Shown here: in pieces, positions 1 through 8,236 of the stretch | Layout of the letters: the number at the start of each line of letters is the position of its first letter | How positions within the stretch are numbered: the stretch's first letter is position 1 | The notes under the pieces: generated by a model | What the model was told of the DNA's origin: nothing | Database searches by the model: none | Seen by the model: the letters and a program-made list of their open reading frames with translations, nothing else | Source: Paracoccus sp. (in: a-proteobacteria) | Lineage (GTDB): Bacteria; Pseudomonadota; Alphaproteobacteria; Rhodobacterales; Rhodobacteraceae | Length of the DNA stretch: 38,619 nt | Direction: 5' to 3' | NCBI GenBank assembly: GCA_030538515.1 | Contig: JAUNTV010000002.1 | Span: 1 to 38,619, forward strand | Made by a program: the position numbers and the translations under genes

Positions 1-2
1 TT

Positions 3-323
3 GTAAACCTGATCCAGAACGCCGTTCAGCATGGCGGCGGCCAAGGCGCGATTACCGTGCGGCTGGATCCGTCGGGTGTGATCGAAGTGCAGGACGAAGG
101 GCCGGGCATCCCAAAAGCCGACCGCGCGCGCGTGTTCGAGCCGTTCTTTCGCCGCAACCCCCATGGCGCGGGTGCGGGGCTGGGCTTGAAGATGGTGCGC
201 GACATCGCAAGGGCGCATGGCGGCGAGGCCGAAATTGAAGATGCCCCCGGTGGTGGCGCGATCTTCCGCATCCGCCTACCGGTTGATGCGGGTGCTAAAT
301 CGCCTCTGCCGGGGGGCGCGTAA
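3..323 (+). CDS. Sensor histidine kinase, C-terminal HATPase_c domain (5' truncated by the window edge)
   Basis: Frame is open from base 3: N box VNLIQNAVQHG, G1 box VQDEGPGIP, F box VFEPFFR, G2 box GAGLGL, terminal GGGAIFRIRLP. Confidence 0.93.
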   Translation, partial: VNLIQNAVQHGGGQGAITVRLDPSGVIEVQDEGPGIPKADRARVFEPFFRRNPHGAGAGLGLKMVRDIARAHGGEAEIEDAPGGGAIFRIRLPVDAGAKSPLPGGA

Positions 324-336
324 TCTTCATGTAATC
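320..336 (+). promoter_or_regulatory. Putative OmpR/PhoB-family response regulator site (direct repeat GTAATC-N5-GTAATC)
   Basis: GTAATC at 320-325 and 331-336 (11 bp period), about 70 bp upstream of the lipoprotein ATG and directly after a histidine kinase gene. Confidence 0.45.
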
Positions 337-404
337 CGGCGGTGTCATCCGGGGATCATGCCGAGCGCCCCGGCGATTCGGTGAATTTTAAAGGAGCAGA
401 AAGA

Positions 405-647
405 ATGCAAAAAAACGCCCTCCGCCTGTCCGGCGCATCTCTACTCATCGCCATCCTCGCAGCCTGTCAGCCAAGCCCCTATGGCGGCACTACCATCAGC
501 CCGGATGCACAGCGAGCCGTTGGGGGCGCCCTTGTCGGCGCAGCCATCGCCAAGGCCACAGACGGCAATATGCGCACGGGTGCGTTGATTGGCGCAGGGG
601 CGGGCGCTCTTTGTGACGATGTCGGCGTGTGTCAGCGTAGCTATTGA
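405..647 (+). CDS. Small glycine-zipper lipoprotein (80 aa)
   Basis: AAGGAG RBS before ATG 405; signal peptide with lipobox LAAC; glycine zippers VGGALVGAAIA and GALIGAGAGAL; C-terminal CDDVGVC. Confidence 0.85.
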   Translation: MQKNALRLSGASLLIAILAACQPSPYGGTTISPDAQRAVGGALVGAAIAKATDGNMRTGALIGAGAGALCDDVGVCQRSY

Positions 648-656
648 TCGGCAGCG

Positions 657-683
657 CCGGGGCCGCAAGAGGCACGGCCCCGG
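657..683 (+). terminator. GC-rich hairpin after the lipoprotein gene
   Basis: CCGGGGCCG-N9-CGGCCCCGG, a perfect 9 bp stem between convergent genes; weak U tail. Confidence 0.5.
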
Positions 684-699
684 TCATCTGAAAAAGCGT

Positions 700-762
700 A
701 TGGACAGATTATGCCTGCAAGAATGGACAAAATCCCTGCAAAATGGCCAATTTATGCCAGCA
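700..762. repeat. Three degenerate tandem 20-23 bp repeats
   Basis: ATGGACAGATTATGCCTGCAAGA (700), ATGGACAAAATCCCTGCAAA (723), ATGGCCAATTTATGCCAGCA (743). Confidence 0.6.
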
Positions 763-789
763 GTGACAACCCCGGCGGGCGGGCAGGGC

Positions 790-3021
790 CTATTCGCAGC
801 GGGAATGCCCGCAGGAGGGGCAGGTCATGCATCCCTCGACCATGCGCATTCCATATTGGCCGCAGCTTTCGCAGGCGGGGCCGGATGGAAGCGCGGCGGG
901 GGCGATGGTTTCGGCCTCGGGGTCGGATTTCAGGCCCATGCCTTTGCCGTTCAGGAAACCGGTGGCGATCATGTGGTCCTCGATCACGCCGCCGATGGCC
1001 GCCAGGATCGAGGGCAGATAGCTGCCCGCCACCCATGCCCCGCCGCGCGGATCGAACACGGCCTTCAACTCCTCGACCACGAAGCTGACGTCACCCCCGC
1101 GCCGGAACACGGCCGAGATCATCCGCGTCAGCGCCACCGTCCAGGCGTAATGTTCCATGTTCTTGGAATTGATGAAAATCTCGAAGGGGCGGCGGTGGCC
1201 ATCGTGAATGATATCATTGATGGTGATATAGATCGCATGCGCGCTGCCGGGCCATTTCAGCTTATAGGTCGCCCCTTCCAGCGACGGCGGCCGGTCCATC
1301 GGCGCGTCGAGATCGGGGGGCGGGGCCGCGCCGACGGAAAGCACGCTGCCGGTGACGGCATTGGGGCGATAGGTGGTGCAGCCCTTGCAGCCCATATCCC
1401 ATGCCGCCAGGTAGACATCCTTGAAATCACTGAAGGAAATATCGGCGGGGCAGTTGATCGTCTTGGAAATCGAGCTGTCCACCCATTCCTGCGCCGCCGC
1501 CTGCATGGCGACATGATCCATGGGCGCAAGGGTCTGGGCATCGGCGAAATAATCCGGCAGGGGCGTATCGCCATGGATATCGCGCCACAGCTTCACGGCG
1601 TAATCCACGACTTCCTCGGACCGGTGCGCGCCGTCCTTTTGCAGCACCTTGCGGGTATAGGCATGGGCGAAGACCGGCTCGATCCCCGATGACACATTGC
1701 CGGCGAAAAGGCTGATCGTGCCGGTCGGCGCGATCGAGGTCAGCAGCGCGTTGCGGATACCGTGGCGGCGGATCGCGGCGCGGATATCTTCGTCCATCCG
1801 GGCCATGAAGCCGGAAGCCAGATAGCCGTCCGCATCAAACAGTGGAAAGGCCCCCTTCTCACGCGCAAGATCGATTGAGGCCAGATAGGCCGCGCGCGTG
1901 ATCGCATGCATCCACGCGCGCGTCTGCGCCACGGCCTCGGGCGCGCCGTAGCGCAGGCCAAGCATGATCAGCGCATCGGCCAGCCCGGTCACACCCAGCC
2001 CGATGCGGCGCTTGGCCCTTGCCTCGGCGGCTTGCGGGGGCAGGGGGAATTGCGACACATCGATGACATTATCCATCATCCGCACCGCCACCCGCACCAG
2101 ATCATCCAGCCCTGCCAGATCAAGCGCGGCCTTGGGCGTGAAGGGATCGCTTACCAGCCGCGCCAGATTGACCGAGCCAAGCAGACAGGCCCCGTAAGGC
2201 GGCAGCGGCTGCTCGCCGCAGGGGTTGGTGGCGGCGATGGTTTCGGCATAGGACAGGTTGTTGGCGGCGTTGATGCGGTCGATGAAGATCACGCCCGGCT
2301 CGGCATAATCATAGGTGGCGCGCATGATCCTGTTCCACAGATCGCGCGCGGGCAGGCTGCGGCAGACCTGACCGTCAAAGACCAGATCCCAGCCGGCATC
2401 CGCCTTGACGGCCTTCATGAAATCATCCGTCACCAGCACCGACAGGTTGAACATGCGCAGCCGCGTGCCGTCCTGCTTGGCGGCGATGAAGGCTTCGATA
2501 TCGGGGTGATCGCAGCGCAGCGTGGCCATCATGGCACCGCGCCGGCTGCCCGCCGACATGATCGTGCGGCACATCGCGTCCCAGACATCCATGAAGCTGA
2601 GCGGCCCCGAGGCATCCGCCGCCACCCCCCGGACCGCCGCGCCTTTGGGGCGGATGGTGCTGAAATCATAGCCGATGCCACCGCCCTGCTGCATGGTCAG
2701 CGCGGCTTCGCGCAGGGCGTCGAAAATGCCGCCCATACTGTCGGGGATCGTGCCCATGACGAAGCAGTTGAACAGCGTGACCGCGCGCCCGGTGCCCGCG
2801 CCCGCCAGAATGCGCCCGGCGGGCAGGAAGCGGAAATCGTTCAGCGCGGCGTAGAAGCGGTCTTCCCACGCCGTGGGGTCGGCCTCGGGGCGGGCCAGGT
2901 CGCGGGCCACGCGCCGCCATGTGTCCTGGGGCGTGGCATCGACCACGCGGCCCGCGCTGTCCTTCAGGCGGTATTTCATGTCCCAGATCTGTTCCGCTAT
3001 CGGGGCGGCAAAAACCGACAT
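790..3021 (-). CDS. nrdJ: Adenosylcobalamin-dependent (class II) ribonucleotide reductase with C-terminal TSCPD-like domain and Cys cluster
   Basis: TLFNCFV, GGGIGYDFS, radical Cys motif TNPCGEQPL, CLLGS, IAPTGTIS, SSISKTIN, KGCTTYR, C-terminal CESC...CMTCPSC...C. Start placed at MSVFAAP (ATG 3021). Confidence 0.95.
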   Translation of the reverse strand: MSVFAAPIAEQIWDMKYRLKDSAGRVVDATPQDTWRRVARDLARPEADPTAWEDRFYAALNDFRFLPAGRILAGAGTGRAVTLFNCFVMGTIPDSMGGIFDALREAALTMQQGGGIGYDFSTIRPKGAAVRGVAADASGPLSFMDVWDAMCRTIMSAGSRRGAMMATLRCDHPDIEAFIAAKQDGTRLRMFNLSVLVTDDFMKAVKADAGWDLVFDGQVCRSLPARDLWNRIMRATYDYAEPGVIFIDRINAANNLSYAETIAATNPCGEQPLPPYGACLLGSVNLARLVSDPFTPKAALDLAGLDDLVRVAVRMMDNVIDVSQFPLPPQAAEARAKRRIGLGVTGLADALIMLGLRYGAPEAVAQTRAWMHAITRAAYLASIDLAREKGAFPLFDADGYLASGFMARMDEDIRAAIRRHGIRNALLTSIAPTGTISLFAGNVSSGIEPVFAHAYTRKVLQKDGAHRSEEVVDYAVKLWRDIHGDTPLPDYFADAQTLAPMDHVAMQAAAQEWVDSSISKTINCPADISFSDFKDVYLAAWDMGCKGCTTYRPNAVTGSVLSVGAAPPPDLDAPMDRPPSLEGATYKLKWPGSAHAIYITINDIIHDGHRRPFEIFINSKNMEHYAWTVALTRMISAVFRRGGDVSFVVEELKAVFDPRGGAWVAGSYLPSILAAIGGVIEDHMIATGFLNGKGMGLKSDPEAETIAPAALPSGPACESCGQYGMRMVEGCMTCPSCGHSRCE

Positions 3022-3080
3022 GGGCGCATCCCTTCCGATCTGGGGTGCCTGCACGGGCGAAGCGCGCGGCAGGGCTATCG

Positions 3081-3128
3081 CCCCCGAATCTGGGGGTGCA
3101 GCAGGCCGAAATCAACCGCATCGCGCTG
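3081..3128. promoter_or_regulatory. Possible tandem NrdR boxes upstream of nrdJ
   Basis: 16-mers CCCCCGAATCTGGGGG (3081-3096) and CAACCGCATCGCGCTG (3113-3128) keep the C4/A8T9/G13 core of the NrdR consensus and are 32 bp apart; related ATCTGGGG at 3038-3045. Confidence 0.4.
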
Positions 3129-3264
3129 CGACGCAAACGCCCATTCCGCCCCCCCGGCCTTGCCCGTGACCCTTTCCCTTGTCACCGGCCCCCGCCGCTT
3201 CGCGCCTTGCCATTGCAGGGGGAATCGCGTTAGGCGGCGGTCTTTAACAGCGTCAGCAGAACCA

Positions 3265-4323
3265 ATGTCCGAGAATGTGATCACCGGGGCCACCATCCGC
3301 TTCGAGGGCGTCGAGAAAGCCTTCGACGCCGGCACGCGGCGCGTCACCGCCCTTCAGGATGTGACGCTGGGGATCGGCGCGGGCGATATCTGCGGAATCA
3401 TCGGGCGTTCGGGCGCGGGGAAATCGACGCTTCTGCGCATGGTCAACGGGCTGGAACGCCCAAGCGCGGGCACGGTCATGCTTGGGGGGCAGGATGTGGG
3501 CCGGGCCTCGGGCGCGGGGCTGCGCGCGATCCGGCGCGAGGTCGGGATGATCTTTCAGCATTTCAACCTGCTGGCCTCGCGCACGGTCTACGGCAATATC
3601 GCGCTGCCGCTTGAGATCGCGGGCCTGCCCGAGACGCAGATCCGCCCCCGCGTGATGGAACTGATCGCGCGCATGGGGCTTGAGGCGCAGGCCACGCGCT
3701 ACCCGGCCGAGCTTTCGGGCGGCCAGAAGCAGCGCGTCGGTATCGCGCGCGCGCTGGCGACCAGGCCCAGGGTGCTGCTGTCGGACGAGGCGACATCGGC
3801 CCTTGATCCCGAAACCACTGCGACCGTGCTGGGGCTTTTGCGCGATATCAACCGCGATCTGGGGCTGACGATCCTGCTGATCACCCATGAAATGGCGGTG
3901 GTGCGCGATATCGCCAGCCATGTCGCGGTGATCGATGCTGGCCGGATCGTCGAGACCGGGCCGACCTATGACGTGTTCGTGGCCCCGCGCCATCCGGTCA
4001 CGCGGTCCTTCCTGTCGGGCGTGACCGGCATTACCCTGCCCGGTTTCATCGCCGGGCGGATCGAACCGGCCCGGCCTGACGGTGCCGCGCAGGAAATCAT
4101 TCGCGTCACCTTCGCCGGCAGCCATGCCACCGATCCGATGCTGGCGCGGCTGACCGCCGAACTGGGGGTCGAGGTGAACATCCTTGCCGGCGCGATCGAG
4201 GAAATCGGCACGCGCCCCTTCGGCAATCTGCTGATCGCCGTCGATGCCGCGCAGGGCGATACCGCCCGCGCCTATCTGGAGCGCCACGGGCTGATGACAG
4301 AGGTGCAGGGCTATGTCCGCTAA
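3265..4323 (+). CDS. metN: Methionine ABC transporter ATP-binding protein
   Basis: Walker A GRSGAGKST, GMIFQHFNLL, LSGGQKQRVGIARALA, DEATSALDP, LITHEM, C-terminal NIL domain. Start MSENVI at 3265; the 805 aa ORF is over-extended. Confidence 0.95.
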   Translation: MSENVITGATIRFEGVEKAFDAGTRRVTALQDVTLGIGAGDICGIIGRSGAGKSTLLRMVNGLERPSAGTVMLGGQDVGRASGAGLRAIRREVGMIFQHFNLLASRTVYGNIALPLEIAGLPETQIRPRVMELIARMGLEAQATRYPAELSGGQKQRVGIARALATRPRVLLSDEATSALDPETTATVLGLLRDINRDLGLTILLITHEMAVVRDIASHVAVIDAGRIVETGPTYDVFVAPRHPVTRSFLSGVTGITLPGFIAGRIEPARPDGAAQEIIRVTFAGSHATDPMLARLTAELGVEVNILAGAIEEIGTRPFGNLLIAVDAAQGDTARAYLERHGLMTEVQGYVR

Positions 4324-4987
4324 CATGATCGCCATCCTGACCCATGCCACATGGCAGACGCTTTACATGGTGGCGGCCTCGGGGCTGCTGGCGACGCTGC
4401 TTGGCCTGCCGCTGGGGGTGTTTCTGGCGACCTCGCAGCGGGGTGAACTGCTGTCGCGTCCAGGTGTGAACCGGGTGCTGGGGCTGGTGGTGAATGCCAC
4501 GCGCTCGGTCCCGTTCATCATCCTTGTGGTGGCGATCATCCCCTTCACGCGGCTGGTGATCGGCACCTCTATCGGGACGACCGCCGCCATCGTGCCCCTG
4601 ACCGTCGCCGCCACCCCCTTCATCGCGCGCCTTGTCGAAAACGCCATCCGGGAAGTCGACGCCGGGCTGATCGAGGCCGCCCGCGCCATGGGCGCCACGC
4701 CCGGCCAGATCATCCGAAAGGTGCTTATCCCCGAGGCCCTGCCCGGCATCACCCTTGGCCTGACGCTGGCCATCGTCAGCCTGATCGGCTATTCCGCCAT
4801 GGTCGGTGCGGTCGGGGGCGAGGGGCTTGGCGATCTGGGCATCCGCTACGGCTACCAGCGTTTCATGCCCGAGGTGATGGCGGCGGTCGTCATCATCCTG
4901 ATCGTGATGGTCCAGCTTGTCCAATCCATCGGCGAATGGATCGCCGCCCGCGTCGACAAGCGCGCGCCCCGCAATCGCGGCCACTGA
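4313..4987 (+). CDS. metI: Methionine ABC transporter permease
   Basis: RSVPFIIL, IGTSIGTTAAIVPL, EAA loop EAARAMGA, YSAMVGAVGGEGLGDLGIRYGYQRF; overlaps the metN stop. Confidence 0.95.
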   Translation: MSANMIAILTHATWQTLYMVAASGLLATLLGLPLGVFLATSQRGELLSRPGVNRVLGLVVNATRSVPFIILVVAIIPFTRLVIGTSIGTTAAIVPLTVAATPFIARLVENAIREVDAGLIEAARAMGATPGQIIRKVLIPEALPGITLGLTLAIVSLIGYSAMVGAVGGEGLGDLGIRYGYQRFMPEVMAAVVIILIVMVQLVQSIGEWIAARVDKRAPRNRGH

Positions 4988-5011
4988 TTTTCAACCCCTG
5001 AAGGAGGTCAC

Positions 5012-5785
5012 ATGCTTCGCCTTGCCACCCTTGTCTCTGCCCTTGTGCTAAGCGCCGCCGCCATGGCCGAAGATATCAAGATCGGCGTTTCCCCCGGTGA
5101 ACACGCCGAAATCATGGAAGAAGTCGCCCGGATCGCAGCATCCGGGGGGCTGAATATCTCGGTCGTCGAATTTTCGGATTACGTCATCCCGAACGTCGCG
5201 CTGAACGATGGCGATCTGGATGCCAACAGCTTCCAGCACCGCCCCTATCTGGAAAACCAGATCAAGGATCGCGGCTTCGATCTGGTCGAGATCGGCACCA
5301 CCATCACTACCCCCATGGGCATCTATTCCGACAAGATCGACAGTCTGGACGCGCTGCCCGACGGCGGGCGCGTGGCCATTCCGAACGATCCGACCAATGG
5401 CGGGCGCGCGCTTCTGGTCTTGCAGGATCTGGGCGTGATCACCCTTGCCGATGGCACCGGGCTGGTGCCAAGCGTGCTGGACGTGACCGACAACCCCAAG
5501 GGCCTGCGCTTCACCGAACTGGACGCCGCGCAGCTTCCCCGCGCGCTGCCCGACACCGATATCGCCATCATCAATACGAATTACGCGCTTGCCTCGGGGC
5601 TGGACCCCAAAAATGACGCGATTGCGATGGAAAAGGCCGACAGCCCCTATGTGAACATCATCGTCGCCCGCGCGGGCGATGAAGATGCCGCATGGGTCGC
5701 GCCGCTTCTGGAAGCCTATCACTCGCCCGAGGTGAAGGCCTTCATCGACGAGAAATATCAGGGCGCCGTGCTGACAAGCTGGTAA
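5012..5785 (+). CDS. metQ: MetQ/NlpA-family methionine-binding protein
   Basis: FSDYVIPN, DANSFQHRPYL, IPNDPTNGGRAL, SPYVNIIV; Sec signal peptide; GGAGG RBS. Confidence 0.93.
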   Translation: MLRLATLVSALVLSAAAMAEDIKIGVSPGEHAEIMEEVARIAASGGLNISVVEFSDYVIPNVALNDGDLDANSFQHRPYLENQIKDRGFDLVEIGTTITTPMGIYSDKIDSLDALPDGGRVAIPNDPTNGGRALLVLQDLGVITLADGTGLVPSVLDVTDNPKGLRFTELDAAQLPRALPDTDIAIINTNYALASGLDPKNDAIAMEKADSPYVNIIVARAGDEDAAWVAPLLEAYHSPEVKAFIDEKYQGAVLTSW

Positions 5786-5793
5786 ACCCGCCC

Positions 5794-5821
5794 AAAGGCC
5801 CGGAGACGATCCGGGCCTTTT
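5794..5821. terminator. Bidirectional intrinsic terminator
   Basis: AAAGGCCCGGA-GACGA-TCCGGGCCTTTT between convergent metQ and the next gene. Confidence 0.85.
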
Positions 5822-5826
5822 CCGGC

Positions 5827-6564
5827 TTAGCCCGCGGTGGCACTGGCCCCGGCGGTGGTCAGGCCGAATTCCGCCATGCGGGCGGCATCCAGAATGTGGA
5901 TTTCCTCGGGCGGGGTGCGCAGCGCATAGCTCATCAGGCGCAGATCCACGCCCATCTCGTCCAGATAATCCATCACGCTTGCCTGCGCGCGCTGCACGTC
6001 GCGTACGGCCATGAAGGCGGGCAGAAGCGTGTTCTTGCCGAAGAAATGCTGATGCACGCCCACGACCGCGCCGGTCTCTGCCTCGCGGCTGATGCCGCCC
6101 GCCATGATATAGGGGCAGGCCGACAGACAGACCGCGCCATCCTGGATCACCGTATCGAAGCCGCCCGCCCGCAGCATCCGGCCTATCGCCAGCGCATCCG
6201 CGACCGAGCCGCCGGAACTGTCCAGCGAGACGCGCCGGGCACCCGGCTGCTGTTCGTCCAGCCAGGCGGCAAAACGGTCCGCATCCCCGCCCGCGATCTG
6301 CCCCGAGACCATGATCACATCATCGCCCGCCCGGAACTCAAGCCGCGACGGCATCGGGCGCATGGCCGGCGCGCCGGGCTCTGCCGGGCGCAGATCGGGG
6401 CGATAGGGGCGCACACTCGGCCCCTCGACCGGGGGCGCGAACAGGCCCGGCGCGGCCCGGCCCGGACTGCCGCGCAGGTCGATCAGCACGATTGCGCCTG
6501 CCAGCAGCACCTGCGCGATCAGCACGGCCCGGATCGCCGCCCCGGGCGATGAGAAAAGCCCCAT
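5827..6564 (-). CDS. Membrane-anchored ClpP/crotonase-fold protein (COG3904-like), putative Ser-His peptidase
   Basis: N-terminal hydrophobic helix AVLIAQVLLAGAIVLI; LDSSGGSV, CLSAC, VGVHQ, ...AEFGL resemble ClpP motifs. ATG 6564 is 1 bp from the upstream stop. Confidence 0.7.
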   Translation of the reverse strand: MGLFSSPGAAIRAVLIAQVLLAGAIVLIDLRGSPGRAAPGLFAPPVEGPSVRPYRPDLRPAEPGAPAMRPMPSRLEFRAGDDVIMVSGQIAGGDADRFAAWLDEQQPGARRVSLDSSGGSVADALAIGRMLRAGGFDTVIQDGAVCLSACPYIMAGGISREAETGAVVGVHQHFFGKNTLLPAFMAVRDVQRAQASVMDYLDEMGVDLRLMSYALRTPPEEIHILDAARMAEFGLTTAGASATAG

Positions 6565-6565
6565 C

Positions 6566-7870
6566 CTAGCGCCCCTCATGCGGGGGTTCACCCTGATGCG
6601 CGCCATTCCCAGGGCGCGCAGGCGCAGGGGCGGGCTGAACGGGCGGCGCGGCTTCCTCATAGGCGCGCAGCAATTCGGCGGCGGCAAGGGCGGCGCGCAA
6701 CTCGCCCACGGTCATGCGGTCATCGCTGTGATGCAGCCCCCGCCCGCTGCGGATCGCGGCCTGAATGACCATGATGATGAACACCAGAACCGCCGGCAGA
6801 AGATCGATGGAAATCGCCCCCGCCCATGCCGGCACGAAATTCCCGGCATAGGTGATGACCGCATCGGCCGCGGACATGGGTATATAGATCGCCTCATCGG
6901 GGGGCGGCAGGGCCTCGACCCCGGCTGCGGCATCCGACAGGGTGCGCGCGCGGCTTTCCACAAGCGCCAGAACGGATGTGATCGTGCTTGACTGCCCCAT
7001 CTGGATCTCGGGCGTGGCCCCGTCCAGTTCGGGCAGCACCACGGCCTCGGACAGATCATTCGCCGCGCGCGCCACCAGGGGCGCGGGGTTCAACTGGCGA
7101 AGCTGGGTGATCAGCCCGGCCAGCACCACCGCATCTTCCGAAAACTGCACCGTCCGGTCCGACAGCGCGCCCGTGCCGACCGTCGTGCCCCGCATCCGCG
7201 ACAGGATGGTATTGCCCTGCGCGAAGGTGGTCTCGATCGGGGCCGCGACCTGATCAAGCTGAACCTCCAGCGCTTCCAGCTCGGCGCGTTTCTGGCTGAG
7301 CACGCGAAACACCGCGCCACGCCCCGAAAAGCCCGACAAGGTGCCCCCCGCTTCCAGTTCCGACAGATCCTCGAAACTCTGGCGCACGCGGGCCACGTCA
7401 CGCGCCAGCGACTGCCCGGCCACGGCATTGGAATGCGCCCGCTCAAGCGAGGCCTGATAATGCTGGATCGTGGTCGCCATATGGGTCTCGACCGCCGCAC
7501 CACCCGCCAGCGCCGCCGCGTTCAGCCAGGATGACATGGCCACGATCGCCACACAGCCAAGCATCATCGACAAAAACAACCCCAGCCGCGAGGCCGCGCC
7601 GCGCACCGCCGGCAAGAGCCGCAGAAGGTAAGACCAGAAAACGAAAATCCCCACGGAAACCGCGATGGAATAGGCAAGCGCCGCAAAGGTCGTCCAGATG
7701 CCCGGATCATCCAGAAGCGTCCTGACCCCCAGATAGGTATAGATCCCCGAGGCCGAGGCCAGAACCCCGAGCGCGGTCGAGGTGAAACTGTCCAGCCAGT
7801 CCAGATGACGCTCAAGCTCGCGCGCATAGCGGTCGCCTGCGCGGGTGGACTCGGGCGTGGGGTCGGTCAT
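6566..7870 (-). CDS. Hypothetical membrane protein (3 N-terminal TM, long helical region, 1 C-terminal TM), DUF4407-like
   Basis: Hydrophobic segments at about aa 30-50, 60-85, 96-120 and 345-372; Gly motif ELEAGGTLSGFSGRG; GGAG RBS. Family assignment is from memory of the motif. Confidence 0.75.
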   Translation of the reverse strand: MTDPTPESTRAGDRYARELERHLDWLDSFTSTALGVLASASGIYTYLGVRTLLDDPGIWTTFAALAYSIAVSVGIFVFWSYLLRLLPAVRGAASRLGLFLSMMLGCVAIVAMSSWLNAAALAGGAAVETHMATTIQHYQASLERAHSNAVAGQSLARDVARVRQSFEDLSELEAGGTLSGFSGRGAVFRVLSQKRAELEALEVQLDQVAAPIETTFAQGNTILSRMRGTTVGTGALSDRTVQFSEDAVVLAGLITQLRQLNPAPLVARAANDLSEAVVLPELDGATPEIQMGQSSTITSVLALVESRARTLSDAAAGVEALPPPDEAIYIPMSAADAVITYAGNFVPAWAGAISIDLLPAVLVFIIMVIQAAIRSGRGLHHSDDRMTVGELRAALAAAELLRAYEEAAPPVQPAPAPARPGNGAHQGEPPHEGR

Positions 7871-8165
7871 GGCAGGCTCCGTCAGGCGGGGTCGGGATCA
7901 TATGCGCAGGCACGGTGTCGATGGCGAAGTGTTTCGCAAAGCCACCCCCTTGTCGATCCGGCGCATGCATAAAATCAACCGAAGACCGGCCCCGCCGCCC
8001 CGCACCACAGCATCAAGCATCCTCGAATGATTTCAAAAACATGACAGCCATGTCGCTGACCCCGCGCCCGGCCCCGGCACGGCATGGCTTCCCCCGCTCG
8101 CCGCAATGTTATCGCCGCCCGTCAGCCCCGGAACTGCCGCGGCCTGTCAAGGACACCCTTCCTGC

Positions 8166-8219
8166 CTCTCATCAGTGGCCAAACACCGGCGGGGGCGGGG
8201 GGGCCGCCACCCCCCGCCC
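8166..8219. repeat. Divergent copy of the REP-like hairpin element
   Basis: CTCTCATCAGTGGCCAAACACCGGCGGGGGCGGGGGGGCCGCCACCCCCCGCCC has the same leader plus G-run hairpin layout as the copies at 15759 and 38568. Confidence 0.45.
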
Positions 8220-8236
8220 TTCAGCGCGCATGGCGG

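Noticed and set aside
700-762. Mini CRISPR array or sigma-54 promoter
   Set aside because: Units are adjacent without spacers and degenerate, no cas genes are present, and GG-to-GC spacing is 9 or 11 rather than 10.
790-3021. Intein or intron in nrdJ
   Set aside because: The ORF is continuous at ~743 aa with normally spaced motifs and no splicing or endonuclease signatures.
1906-3264. N-terminal 450 aa of the 805 aa ORF, suggesting a large MetN fusion
   Set aside because: It is the antisense shadow of nrdJ in frame with metN; MetN homology starts at 3265.
3100-3264. Possible SAM-II or SAM-SAH riboswitch before metN
   Set aside because: Only a GTGAC/GTCAC hairpin and a wrong-strand TGATTT are present; the conserved pseudoknot elements were not found.
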